This document shows positions 13,101-26,220 of a stretch of 64,000 nucleotides of DNA, one piece after another. The stretch's first letter is position 1. Every line of letters starts with the position of its first letter. The translations under genes were made by a program, and so were the position numbers. The notes beneath the pieces are model-generated. The model was not told the DNA's origin, searched no databases, and saw only the letters and a list, made by a program, of their open reading frames with translations. This DNA comes from Mytilus trossulus (Eukaryota), in NCBI RefSeq assembly GCF_036588685.1, contig NC_086383.1, positions 18,910,001 through 18,974,000 on the forward strand, given 5' to 3'.

Positions 13101-13612
13101 TTTGTTTATTGAATATTACCAACAGAATAATGGCCGATATTTTTACAGTAGGCGGTTGATCATGAATCATACAATAAGTATAAAACTATGATAAACAAGG
13201 TCCAAGGTCACTGACCAATAGAACTCTAGAGTAAATGTTTACAATTATACAAATCTTTGACATGTACCAATTATTAACCCTGATTCTGTATATGCAAGTT
13301 TACATGGCTTACAGCCATTTATTTTTTTTAGATAATTTAAATTCCTCAGTTCATAAATTACAGGATGGGGAGAAGGCTGGGTGCTATTGACTTAAAACTA
13401 TTGCAACTGCTGAGATCCTTACATAAACAAGGGGGTTTTGCATCACTCAACTTTTTATGTAAATGTTATTTGTGAAAATAGTCCCCACTTTAGAGTTCTG
13501 ATATTTTACTATGACCGACTACAATCTTGTGCACACGGAAAGTGACATTAACACTAACATTTAACAAATGAATTTACTTCCTCCATTGGTGGACAAGCCA
13601 ACTACCTGGGAA

Positions 13613-13805
13613 ACCTGGGTTGCGTTAAAAATCGTAGAGGCTACAACATAGTGCTACGCACATTTTTGTCTATTGAACGAGTGGCTAGCCTCACTTAAAG
13701 CTGCTATCAATATCTCTGAAGCAGCTACCAGGCTAGCTACACGTTCAATATTCATAAATCTACATAGCCCTATGTGGCGGCTACCATATTGAACACAACC
13801 CAGGT
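13613..13805. mobile_element. Foldback MITE
   Basis: ACCTGGGTTGCGTT...AACACAACCCAGGT with internal inverted symmetry throughout. Confidence 0.7.
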
Positions 13806-14211
13806 GTATACATAAAAACACATAAGAACAGACTACAAATGATCAAGGATACATTACACAACACCAGAAATAAAAGTTCTTACAATACTTGTAAAAAAAA
13901 AAAAATCCATATTGTCTTCACTTAAAAAAGAGTTGTATGCACTAGATTGTAAACTTTTCCTTTTGAACAATTTCCCTTCTACCTACTACTATACCTTAGG
14001 ACAAATGTATTCTCTACGTACTATTTTCACCTTTCAAGCTGTCAGAAAGGAGAAAGTTCTGTACATTAATTACTAACAACAGAGCATTACACTGGTAAAT
14101 GTCTTTGTGGTACAAACATATGTAATATTCTCTCTCATACCAGCTGCTGTCCACTTAGGCAGCAACAGAAATTTATTCATTGGGACAAGCAAAAACTGTC
14201 CGATAAAGTAT

Positions 14212-14424
14212 ATAGATATAGGAAGATGTGGTGTGAGTGCCAATGAGACAACTCTCCATCCAAGTAACAATTTAAAAAGTAAACCATTATAGGTTAAAGT
14301 ACGGCCTTCAACACAGAGCCTTGGCTCACACCGAACAACAAGCTATAAAGGGCCCCAAAATTACTAGTGTAAAACCATTCAAACGGGAAAACCAACGGTC
14401 TAATCTATATAAACAAAACGAGAA
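14212..14424 (-). mobile_element. Family A variant B
   Basis: Reverse complement matches 6674-6773 (GAGTTGTCTCATTG.CACTCACACCACATCTTCCTATATCTATA). Confidence 0.75.
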
Positions 14425-14763
14425 ATGCAATTGTATATAAACTAAATTTATATTTTTTCAGTGTCCTCTACTCTAACAGATCATTATAAACTTGAACTCA
14501 TGAAAATGTCTTTCCCAAAGAAAAATATCTCGCGATCATTACAGAATTTCGACTCATGCTTTCTTCAAATGATATAGCCGTTTACTTAATAATGAGAGGA
14601 GGTAGTATGATTCCCAAAGGAAAAGCTAACAAATTGACCACCAGAGTCCAAATAATATTGATGTAAGCAACTAACTACTTCCCTTTAACAGCCTTCAACA
14701 TTGAGCATAACTCATACTCAAACAATTCAAATAAACTTAGAGAACAGCTACTGATATGTACTA

Positions 14764-14932
14764 TGATTCCTTTCACGGATTTGGCTACACTTTTTGGACC
14801 TTTTGGATTATAGCTCTTCATCTTTTATATAAGCTTTGGATTTCAAATATTTTGGCCACGAGCATCACTGAAGAGACATGTATTGTCGAAATGCACATCT
14901 GGTGCAAGAAAATTGGTACCGTTAATTTTATT
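14764..14932 (+). mobile_element. Retrozyme/Penelope-like repeat fragment, family 1
   Basis: Near-identical to the reverse complement of about 45599-45767; carries a hammerhead. Confidence 0.8.
14862..14905 (+). ncRNA. Type I hammerhead ribozyme (minimal, family 1)
   Basis: GCATCA-CTGAAGA-GACA(TGTAT)TGTC-GAAA-T(GCAC)A-TC-TGGTGC: stem I, CUGANGA core, 4-bp stem II, GAAA, short stem III, AUC cleavage triplet. Confidence 0.9.
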
Positions 14933-15777
14933 GTAATTCTTTTGAGATTTATATAATCTTATTCATTCACTGACTTCATATAACGTGTTTTCATGAATGT
15001 CGGACAGAGAATAAATATTATAATGAAAACAGAAATCTCAATAGAAACAGTTATAGTCCTATAAAACAGTGCAAAACTTTCATACAAGCCAAGGAAAGGG
15101 TAATTGAACTCACACCTAAAAGTACAAAATGCATAATTGTTAAATTTGCAGAAACTTTTTTTTCTTTTCTAAAGGGTAAGGAAAATTATACAACAAAGAT
15201 AATTGTGTAATGCCATTATTCAATATTAATATGATGAACACACAAAAGCTGCTTTTTTTAATACCCCAATGAAACCTTGTTTTCCATAAAAAAGATCTTT
15301 TATATATTTACATATGCCCTGTAAGTGCCCCAGTGAAATTGACTCATAAACTATTTCTAAATGCCATAAAACCTGCAGGTTTCCACTTTATTTACATCAC
15401 AGCAGGGATCCAGTTGACAAATGGTGACCTATAATCTCAATGGAGTTATTCATATACTATATTATATAACTCCTGCAGTTAATGTGTAAATAAAATCCAC
15501 TTATGCTTTCACTTTGAAGTCTCAAGATAAGAAAATTTATAGAAATGTGTTAGGAATAAGATAGTCGAAACATATTCATCTAATGTAAAAAGAAGTCATT
15601 AGAAAGTGTTTTTTTAAATTTTTTTTTATCAATTTTCATTTTTAAATATCTGAGTCTTCTTGTGTGGTTACCAGACACCAGCTCTCAAAACAGTGCATTT
15701 AACAAAATCAAAGGACAGGGACCCAGGTCATTTATTGACTTGTACAGTCCAATTTTTCTATTTTAATCTTAACCTGA

Positions 15778-17012
15778 CAGACTTCTATCATGAGAAACTG
15801 ACTTCTATCATGAGAAACAGACTTCTATCATGAGAAACAGATTTCTATCATGAGAAACAGACTTCTATCATAAGAAACAGATTTCTATCATGAGAAACAG
15901 AATTCTATCATCAGAAACAGACTTCTATCATGAAAAACAGACTTCTATCATGAGAAACAGACTTCTATCATGAGAAACTATCATGAGAAACAGACTTCTA
16001 TCATGAGAAACAGACTTCTATCATGAGAAACAGACTTCTATCATGAGAAACAGACTTCTATCATGAATAACAGATCATGAGAAACAGACTTCTATCATGA
16101 GAAACAGATCATGAGAAACACACTTCTATTATGAGAAACAGATCATGAAACACAGACTTTTATCATGAGAAACAGATTTCTATCATGAGAAACAGAATTC
16201 TATCATGAGAAACAGACTTCTATCATGAGAAACAGATTTCTATCATGAGAAACAGACTTCTATCATGAGAAACAGATCATGAGGAACACACTTTTATTAT
16301 GAGAAACAGATCATGAAACACAGACTTTTATCATGAGAAACAGATTTCTATCATGAGAAACAGAATTCTATCATGAGAAACAGACTTCTATCATGAGAAA
16401 CAGACTTCTATCATGAGAAACAGATCATGAGGAACACACTTTTATTATGAGAAACAGATCATGAAACACAGACTTTTATCATGAGAAACAGATTTCTATC
16501 ATGAGAAACAGAATTCTATCATGAGAAACAGACTTCTATCATGAGAAACAGACTTCTATCATGAGAAACAGATTTCTATCATGAGAAACAGACTTCTATC
16601 ATGAGAAACAGATCATGAGAAACAGACTTCTATCATGAGAAACAGATTTCTATCATGAGAAACAGACTTCTATCATGAGAAACAGATCATGAGAAACACA
16701 CTTCTATTATGAGAAACAGATCATGAAACACAGACTTTTATCATGAGAAACAGATTTCTATCATGAGAAACAGAATTCTATCATGAGAAACAGACTTCTA
16801 TCATGAGAAACAGACTTCTATCATGAGAAACAGATTTCTATCATCAGAAACAGACTTCTATCATGAGAAACAGACTTCTATCATGAGAAACAGACTTCTA
16901 TCATGAAAAACAGATCATGAGAAGCAGACTTCTATCATGAGAAACAGATTTCTATCATGAGAAACAGAATTCTATCATGAGAAACAGACTTCTATCATGA
17001 GAAACTGAATTC
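15778..17012. repeat. 20-bp minisatellite with higher-order structure
   Basis: CAGACTTCTATCATGAGAAA units with 14-bp CAGATCATGAGAAA variants. Confidence 0.97.
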
Positions 17013-17416
17013 TCATCGACTTCAAAGTTGTCCTTTTCTATTCAACTGAAATATATCACTGGTCTGCAGTTGAGTTTAAGAAACTTCAACAAACTCATTT
17101 CAAGTACTGTTAGAAAATTAGCATTTATTGAGCAGCTTCAAACCGTGAGACTTGGTAAAAAGACGTCTTTGTGAATATCATTTCAAATCATGAGAAAATA
17201 AAGCAAGCAATACATAATGTGATAATCAGAAATCAACAAAACCTCAGTTACATATTTTTACAACAAAAACTATTACATTGCATAATATAATGTCTCTTAG
17301 TATTATATAATAATGAATCCAAACTTTAAACTAGCTGGACTTTTGAAATGACACATCTCTATGACTTTCCCTTTTTCTTTTAATTCCAGGATTACTGAGA
17401 TCAAATTGATTTTATA

Positions 17417-17592
17417 CAGTGAAACTTGTTTTAAACCAAACCTCTTTGGGACTTAAGATTTTGTTCGGTTTTGGCCGATGTTTGGTTTTATCAGGTTCAC
17501 AACGCATACATTGATATGACAGTGCTCCAGAAAATGTTTGGTTTATACAGGTTTTCGGTTTAAGCAGTATTCGGTTTAGCCAGGTTTCACTG
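17417..17592. mobile_element. Tc1/mariner (pogo/Tigger-like) MITE
   Basis: TA-CAGTGAAAC...GTTTCACTG-TA, internal TTCGGTTT-type repeats. Confidence 0.8.
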
Positions 17593-19699
17593 TATAATAT
17601 AATGGCATTCAAATAAGACAATTGGTAGTACATCTGCCTTGTAAACTTCTATTAGAAAGCCAAAAAAAAAGCATCATTCCTCAAAATTGTCTGTTAAAAT
17701 AATAAACTTCATCTGTTTAATGTAGGTATCCCATTAGACTTATTGGTACAATTTGTCCCTTCCTTATTATTTTTTTTCAATTATTGCCCCTCTGACAATT
17801 TGACTGATACACTAAGAGATACCCATTGTACTGACATCTGCAGAGGACAATCAGTATACTGACAGTTTTCAGTAAACATATAAATTAGTTAGAAATTAAT
17901 AAATAAAAGAAAGGGAATGTAGTAGCTTAAATCCATTATGTCTGTTAAAGTAATAAACTTCTGTACTTTATGTGGGTCTCCCATTTAAAGCCTCTTGCAT
18001 TAGAAAGCCAAAACTACAGAATCATTCCTTAATACTGTCTGTTAAAGTAATAAAAGTTCTGTGAGAGTTGCACCAAAGTTTACAGTGACACTGCCCTGAA
18101 CCTATTGTATATATCTTTAAGTGCAGTAGGTTTTATGCACTTACAAGAGATAACAATCCCTTGACTATTTTACCATTCAAAATTCAAAATAAAGAATTCA
18201 CATAAGAAAAGGATCAATAAATATTTATATCCTAATATTTGTACTCATCAATATATCACTTTCAACAAGCTTCTGTTCTATTGTATTTCCTGAGATTTTA
18301 ACTTGGGATGTAAAAGAGATAGGGTGACATAAATGACTTTTATTTGAACTTCATAATTGTATGACTCCTTTGTGTATCTTACTGTTTTTATGTACAATTC
18401 TATTATACGATTCTTTCTTTTTTTGTCTGGCAAAGAAAGATTAACGATTGGCACTTGGAGTAAGACAGATCACTTTCATTTGGTTACATTTCTAAGTTTT
18501 TGTAATATTTTTGGTTATCTACATGTAGCTATATTGAGGCTTCTAATGATCCCTATGCAACAAAGCCAAACACTGTAGAAATTCTGTTAGGGACACTCAG
18601 CTAATCAGCATTGATACTGTGTATTCCTTATTGTTCAATGGGATACCAATTTTTTACAGATTTTGTGGGTACCTACATGATTAACCTCAAATTTAAATAT
18701 TCAACGAATAAATGCATGAGAATTTGGCAAATACCCTTATTTGATGGAGAGATGTGTTATCAGTAAAAAGGATATTTTGACAAGAAACAACAATATCTTG
18801 TTCAAAAGTCTTCCGAAATTTATCAATTTCGAGAAAAAGTTTTTTTTTGTAAGGAACAGTCTTAACTAGTGTAGTATAAAAAGTCCCTGATTTTGTGCAC
18901 TGCAGAGAAAATATTTTCAACTCCAGTATACAGACTTTGGTAAAACTCCAAAATCAAATATCGTCAAGAATACAAATTTTCCTAAATTCATGAAAATTGG
19001 TACCCACGGAAATAAATAACTCAACAGTATTATCATTCCATATCAAATCCTCATATTCAGCTGAGAGTAATCTCCAAACAAACACTACCAGTTATAATAC
19101 GTCTGTTATATGTCAGAAAGTTTATTTAATAATGATTCAATTAAATCTAACTATTTATCAGCAAGAACAACCTCCCGAAGTCTTAACATTCCCAATGTTC
19201 CTACTCACAGTATACATCAACCAGAACCTTATCAACGTCTGCCAGAGGATACAGAACTATTAAACACAGATCGGCCTTGCAAAAAATACCATATCACTTT
19301 ATTTTCGATTATCCTTTTCTTGCTTACGCATACATCAATGAAATGATAGATAATAACCATTATTTCTTTGGATTTAATATTGGTTGTGTTACATTCTTGA
19401 GATTTTCCCTGATTAATCAGAACCACATTGTCTCTTTGGATTAAATATTGGTAGTATGAGGGGGCAGGACTTTTTTTTCAGGACGTCAGGATCAGGTGTT
19501 TTTAAGCTTGGGATATTAGGATTAAATTAATCCTTCTGGATCCAGGAATTCCTTTTTCAAATTTCGGGATGTTGGATTTGAATTTCTTTAAATTTGAGAC
19601 CTTGAATTTCATGTTTAAAGCCTGGGATAATGGGATCAGAACCACTCTGATCCTCCCTTTCCCCCCTCCTCTTGTATTATGTCTTATAAATCTTGAGAT

Positions 19700-19883
19700 T
19701 TTCCTGATTAATCAGTTCTAATCAGATCATTTTCCTGATTTAAAGACAGCTCTAATCAGAACATTTCCCTGATTAATCAGCTCTAATCATAACATTTCCC
19801 AGACTGATTAATCAGCTCTAATCAGAACATTTCCCTGATTAATCAGCTCTAATCAGAACATTTCCCTGATTTATCAGCTCTAA
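19700..19883. repeat. 31-bp minisatellite containing palindrome CTGATTAATCAG
   Basis: TTTCCCTGATTAATCAGCTCTAATCAGAACA, about 5-6 copies. Confidence 0.9.
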
Positions 19884-20120
19884 GGCCAAATAAAATAATA
19901 TGTGTGTTTCCTGTTTCCTCTTTGAAAAAAATAGGGTAGGTAGGTATGGATTTTTATTTATTTTACCATTTTTTTTTACATTGAGTCTATGGGAGAGAAA
20001 TCCTGACTTTAACAGTGCTTATTGAAAAATGACCAAAAAAACTTTAGGGTAGGCTATTTCTAAGCTTAAAATATAGGGTAGGTAGGGAAACAGGAAACAC
20101 ACATGCTTTTTTATTTGGCC
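19884..20120. mobile_element. PIF/Harbinger-type MITE
   Basis: GGCCAAATAAAA...TTTTATTTGGCC TIR with TAA TSD, inserted in a 31-bp minisatellite unit. Confidence 0.85.
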
Positions 20121-20398
20121 TAATCAGAACCACATTGTCTCTTTGAAGGCATTTTGGAACACATATGAACCATCTGTCAAAACTGATTAAAGACAAATAC
20201 TTATTACCACACAGTTATGTCGAAAGATTTTTTTCTACTTATATATATTACAAAAAAAACTGCCTACTTGACCATAATTTTACATGCATATTTAATTATA
20301 ACTGGGAACAGTATATCTTACAATATATATGTTCCTGATTATAATTGTATTATTGGTATTTTGAACATAAACACAAGTTTCTCCCAGGTTTGTGCAGG

Positions 20399-20583
20399 CA
20401 TGTACTAAAAGGTGGAGTGGAGTGGTGGAGTGCTGGAGTTTATGAGTGGAGTTAAGGAGTGAAAACATGTAGTTAGAAAATTAAACCAAATTATAAGATA
20501 TTTTTGTATACATGTGTAGCTTTACAAATCATAGAATAAATGTTTCAACAGTACGTACACTCCACTCCACCTTTAAGTACATG
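20399..20583. mobile_element. MITE with about 26-bp TIR
   Basis: CATGTACTAAAAGGTGGAGTGGAGTG / CACTCCACTCCACCTTTAAGTACATG. Confidence 0.7.
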
Positions 20584-21296
20584 ACGTTTTGGTATGTCTG
20601 AAATTCTCTTTCTGGTAAGTAATGATATCTCATAAAATTTGATAAGAATCGTAACCTTTTAATTTTTGCAATTCACCCACATTGCATAATCCTGTGAGAA
20701 ACAAATGCAGTTAAACATTCTAATGCCACACTGTCATATTTATAGTAGGTAATTAATCTTATATTATCTGTGCAGTTCTATTGGCTAAAATATGTCACAT
20801 GATGTAGTAAGAAACTTTCAAAGCAGTGGCAGATCCAGGATGAGGGTTCCAGCCTGGACCCCCCCTTTTTTTAGACAATCAATGCATTTGAATGTGGACA
20901 TATAGTTGGACCTCCCCCCCCCCTTTTTAGCCTGGGTTGGGAAATCTTCCTTTTGAAAATGGCTGGATCCATCATCCTAATTGGATGCATTGAAACAACC
21001 AGTTGAAGCCAGAGTACCAGTAAAAAAATGTATATGCCAGTAAAATTTTTATGTACATCTGAGCTTCACAAGCAATATAAGTTTAAGGATTATACAAAGA
21101 AAGACAGATTTTAAGGCTTATGTAAGTAAACACGTGTGTAAGAGACGTTCTGTTACATATTAAAACTAGAAGTACTAAATTACTGCACTTCAGGCATAAA
21201 TGTTATGTCATTTGCACATTCCATTCTTAGATTAAAAATAGCATGTCAAACATTAGCAGGTACATTTTTAATAGGAATACACTACCGTGTTGTAAG

Positions 21297-22785
21297 CAAA
21301 ATGACCTACTATGGAATCATACCTGCCAACTGTCACTATTTGAGGGGTATTTCCACCATGGAAGCTCCAAAATGACCTACTATGGAATCGTACCTGCCAA
21401 CTGTCACTATTTGAGGGGTATTTCCACCACGGAAGCTCCAAAATGACCTACTATGGAATCGTACCTGCCAACTGTCACTATTTGAGGGGTATTTCCACCA
21501 CGGAAGCTCCAAAATGACCTACTATGGAATCATACCTGCCAACTCTCACTATTTAAGGGGTGTTTCCACCATGGAAGCTCCAAAATGACCTACTATCAAA
21601 TTGTACCTGCCAACTGTCACTATTTGAGGGGTATTTCCACCACGGAAGCTCCAAAATGACCTACTATGGAATCGTACCTGCCAACTGTCACTATTTGAGG
21701 GGTATTTCCACCACGGAAGCTCCAAAATGACCTACTATGGAATCATACCTGCCAACTCTCACTATTTGAGGGGTATTTTCACCATGGAAGCTCCAAAATG
21801 ACCTACTATGGAATCATACCTGCCAACTCTCCCTATTTAAGGGGTTTCCACCACAGAAGCTCCAAAATGACCTACTATGGAATCATACCTGCCAACTGTC
21901 ACTATTTAAGGGGTTTCCATCATGGAAGCTCCAAAATTACCTACTATGGAATCATACCTGCCAACTGTCACTATTTAAGGGGTATTTCCACCATGGAAAC
22001 TCCAAAATGACCTACTACGGAATCATACCTGCCAACTGTCACTATTTAAGGGGTTTCCACCACAGAAGCTCCAAAATGACCTACTATGGAATCATACCTG
22101 CCAACTGTCACTATTTAAGGGGTATTTCCACCATGGAAGCTCCAAAACGACCTACTATGGAATCATACCTGCCAACAGTCACTATTTAAGGGGTTTCCAC
22201 CATGGAAGCTCCAAAATGACCTACTATGGAATCATTCCTGCCAACTGTCACTATTTGAGGGGTATTTCCACCATGGAAGCTCCAAAACGACCTACTATGG
22301 AATCATACCTGCCAACTGTCACTATTTAAGGGGTTTCCACCATGGAAGCTCCAAAATGACCTACTATGGAATCATTTCTGCCAACTGTCACTATTTGAGG
22401 GGTATTTCCACCATGGAAGCTCCAAAATGACCTACTATGGAATCATTCCTGCCAACTGTCACTATTTGAGGGGTATTTCCACCATGGAAGCTCCAAAATG
22501 ACCTACTATGGAAACATTCCTGCCAACTGTCACTATTTGAGGGGTATTTCCACCATGGAAGCTCCAAAATGACCTACTATGGAATCATTCCTGCCAACTG
22601 TCACTATTTGAGGGGTATTTCCACCATGGAAGCTCCAAAATGACCTACTATGGAATCATTCCTGCCAACTGTCACTTTTTGAGGGGTATTTCCACCATGG
22701 AAGCTCCAAAATGACCTACTATGGAATCATTCCTGCCAACTGTCACTATTTGAGGGGTATTTCCACCATGGAAACTCCAAAATGG
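21297..22785. repeat. 69/71-bp minisatellite, about 21 copies
   Basis: CAAAATGACCTACTATGGAATCATACCTGCCAACTGTCACTATTTGAGGGGTATTTCCACCATGGAAGCTC; unit starts at 21297, 21368, 21439. Confidence 0.97.
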
Positions 22786-25182
22786 ACATTTCGAAAGAGC
22801 AATTTTGTCCACAATTTAAAACAAAACAATCAATTTTACCATTGATATAGGATTGTAAAAGTATGAAGAAGTAAAATGCAAACAACATTAAAGTTAATTA
22901 GACGGCCCCTTTAAAGGTTTTGCAGGACTATGAGAGTGATCTTGCACCGTGATAAAACCACCATGGGTATTTTGAAATATTGGCATGTCACTGTATGTGG
23001 ATTCATTTATTTTTCATGGATTTTAGCCCTCTAATTATCAGAGCAAGTCAGTAACAGTCTTGTTCAAACATCAATTCAATGTAACATGTTCTGGACCTCA
23101 GCCATGCCAATCAGATTGGTCGTTACTAAATACCAAATACATTTCTATCAATTCATTACCATCCCTTATGGAGTTACGGTAACTTTACATAAAGTTTTCA
23201 GGAAATAACACAGCGATTGTCAGTCTTAATGGTCTAACTTGAAGTCACGTAATGAAAAACAAAACGCTCCTGACGACACCAGATCCGTAGTTCATCATTT
23301 CGTTATTCTTTCTCCAACTGTATATAGCTCCAATGACAAAAACTCAATTACGAAATGTACATTTTACTTCGTGTGTTGCAAATCAATTACAATTCTTTTG
23401 TGACGGGGATGAATCAATACTCAGTCTTTCCTCCCGTGTGTAAACAGTGGAGTTTATCTGATCGTAACTAAGAATTGCTATAACACATTACGTTCCAAGG
23501 AAGGTGTTTTGGTCCACACCATACAATTAATGATACATACATCATTGATTCACAGTTAGTTAACTCAGGGCAAACACATTATTATATCGGGGAAATTTCA
23601 CCTTTTTTGTTTTATTTCTCACATTAAATTTTAATGAAAGAATTTTAAAGTGCTAACGTTTCAATAATTTGATTTTTTATTAGACCCTCAGGTACTCATA
23701 TAGTATTGATATCTCAGTATATGTTATTAATCAAAGATTAACTGTAAACACAATACTTTTCATTTCAAACTTTTCAATTCTACAATTTAAAATGAAAGTG
23801 ATACTAAACTAAATTGGGTTTTCCAAAGCGCTTTTCTTGATTTAACACAAATTTTAGGATATTTTCACTAATATTTATATCTAAATGTTACCAATCAATC
23901 ATATCTTTCATAAATAATTTTCCCTCTCTTTTTGAATTTTATTATTTATATTCATCAATCAGCGAACAAATGATTGTTCCGTCTATATTTGTTTGATGCC
24001 GATTCGGTAATCTGTATTATATAATACCACATTCATAACAACTCATCTGAATAGATCAGAAATTATTATACCACATTCATAATAACTCATCTGAATAGAT
24101 TAGAAATTATCACTTTCAAAAGATAATATGCTTAAATACATGCCAGGCATAACACAATCTTTAACTATCATTAGTGATACTGTTAAAACTAAATTCTGAA
24201 AGCTTCACATTCTTCTGTGTTTTACAACATTTACCAACAAAACAAGCGCACCCAATCATGCTACTACAGAAATACATCAGATTGCATTGCAATCTTTATC
24301 CAGTATTACATGATAATTTCCTCCCTTATACGGATTTAATTAAACAGATTAGAGAACTGAGCAATAAAAGTAAACATGGGTATTTTAATATGCCCCCATA
24401 TACAAAGATGCAACCCTCTACGCCCCCCCCCCCCCCTATTTCTTCAAAGAAGTTCTACCACAAGGCTCATTATATAAAGTGTTTACAATTACAATCCTTT
24501 AAAGAACACAAGATTGAATAATACAACCCCACCATTTTATGCAAAGTCCTCATTCAAAGGTTTTAGTATATAAAGTGAATACAATTATAATCCTTTAAAG
24601 AAAACAACATTGAATAATACAACCCTACCATTTTTTGCTTTCATAACACATATCCTTATTTCTGTATACAAAGTGTTCAACAAGTATTCAATTTTAAGAA
24701 ACTTCTTCAATTTGGTCTGCACTAAAAAAAACTAATGTAAACGACGAATATCTATTATCAACAACCTTGATATAACAGATATTAAACAGATCTTTCAATA
24801 CTTTTTAATAATCAAACAATGTCTAAGTTGTAAATCCATTACTAACCGTGTATTGAAATAATTAGCCCCGCCTCCCTTATAACCTAATATTGAATATACA
24901 CAGTCTCCATGAGGTCGCTATTAACCAATCATATTCCTCTAAATGTATAGGAGGTAAGATATTGTATAATACAACCCTACTATTTTCTGCAAAGTAGTCC
25001 TCATTAAATAGCTGTATATTTAGTGATAACAATAATCTACAATACACAAAAATATACAACCCACCCAATTTTTTCCAAGAAGTCTGGAGTCACGAAGTCT
25101 TAATATACATTAAGAAAAGACGTTACATGACAACCCTTAATAAATAAGGAAATCATAGAAAAATTGCTATATATAGACTTAC

Positions 25183-25610
25183 CGTAAAGATTTCTGTAGC
25201 AGTGATTTCAGTATCATGACAATCACTGCCGTTTCATTGCCATTTTCTATGACAGCTTCATTATTTTTGTATTTTCAAGCAAAAAATCAATGGAGATAAA
25301 ACGTAATCATTCAAGGTTGTATTAAAAAGCATAACTCAATGCATTCTCCAATCAATCCACTTCATAGCTGGCAGATCGACGGAGACGATCCATGTCTCTG
25401 TGATAAAGAGTTACTTAGTATTTACGATTATCCTGACAATGTCGTTAAGACCTCGGCTAAAAGACAAGTTATGAGAGCCACTGGTTGAATCTTATAGACT
25501 TCTGAAGCCAATACTTCAGAAAAATGTAATCCCGTATTGATTTTCTCTCACTAATGATGAAATTTTCTATAATTAAGAAAATCTTGCAATGGTGATTTTG
25601 TCGCTCCTCA
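25183..25610 (-). other. Candidate distal first exon (5' UTR)
   Basis: Consensus CG|GTAAGT donor at 25183/25182; unique CpG-containing sequence; TATAAAA upstream at 25639-25633. Confidence 0.45.
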
Positions 25611-25632
25611 AAGCAGCAGTATATCACTTGGT

Positions 25633-25639
25633 TTTTATA
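25633..25639 (-). promoter_or_regulatory. Candidate TATA box (TATAAAA)
   Basis: Consensus motif at the upstream edge of the unique block that ends in a GTAAGT donor. Confidence 0.3.
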
Positions 25640-25709
25640 TCATACAGCCTATTCAATAGATCTTTGTTGATTATATATATTTGTAAACTGAGGACAAAAA
25701 TTGCTTTTA

Positions 25710-26220
25710 ATGACTGCTTCATTGATTTGTAAACCTCGTTGTATCTATATATCAAAAGGTTTATTCTTAACATTTTAAATGAATTATAGTGAAAAGGGGG
25801 GTGCTTTTGATTGATTTGTATACCGCATTGTATCTTCACATCACGATTTATCATCATTTTATATGAATAGTGAAAAAGGGGGGTGTTTTTGATTGATTTG
25901 TAAATATATAACTTAAGGTTTATTGTAAACATTTTATATGAATAAATAGTGAAAAGGGGGGTGCTTTTGATAAATTTGTGAACCTCATTATATCACACTC
26001 ACAGGGTTAATTCATAAATATTATATTGATAAATTGTGATGGAAAAAGGGTTGGGGACTTTTCATTGATACATAAACCATATTAGGTAATATTTTTCATA
26101 TCTTATATGAGAAAATGTGGAATATGTGGCTGCTCCGTTGATTTGTATACCTCATTGTACCTTATTATCACAAGGACTTGCATACACATTTATGTCAATA
26201 AATTGTGAAAAGGGGAAGGA
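25710..26220. repeat. Degenerate tandem repeat, about 80 bp
   Basis: Recurrent GTGAAAAGGGGG...TTGATTTGTA. Confidence 0.7.

Noticed and set aside
14756-14956. Similar ORFs at 14756-14956 and 45533-45778
   Set aside because: Similarity is due to the shared hammerhead repeat, not protein coding.
15778-17012. CRISPR-like appearance of tandem arrays
   Set aside because: No unique spacers, no cas genes, eukaryotic context.
21243-22189. Repetitive ORFs (MTYYGIIPANCHYLRG...)
   Set aside because: Translations of a 69/71-bp satellite; the 71-bp unit shifts frame.
25190-25235. miR-34-like precursor or iron-responsive element (CAGTGA)
   Set aside because: Hairpin too short for a pre-miRNA; IRE upper stem has mismatches on both strands.
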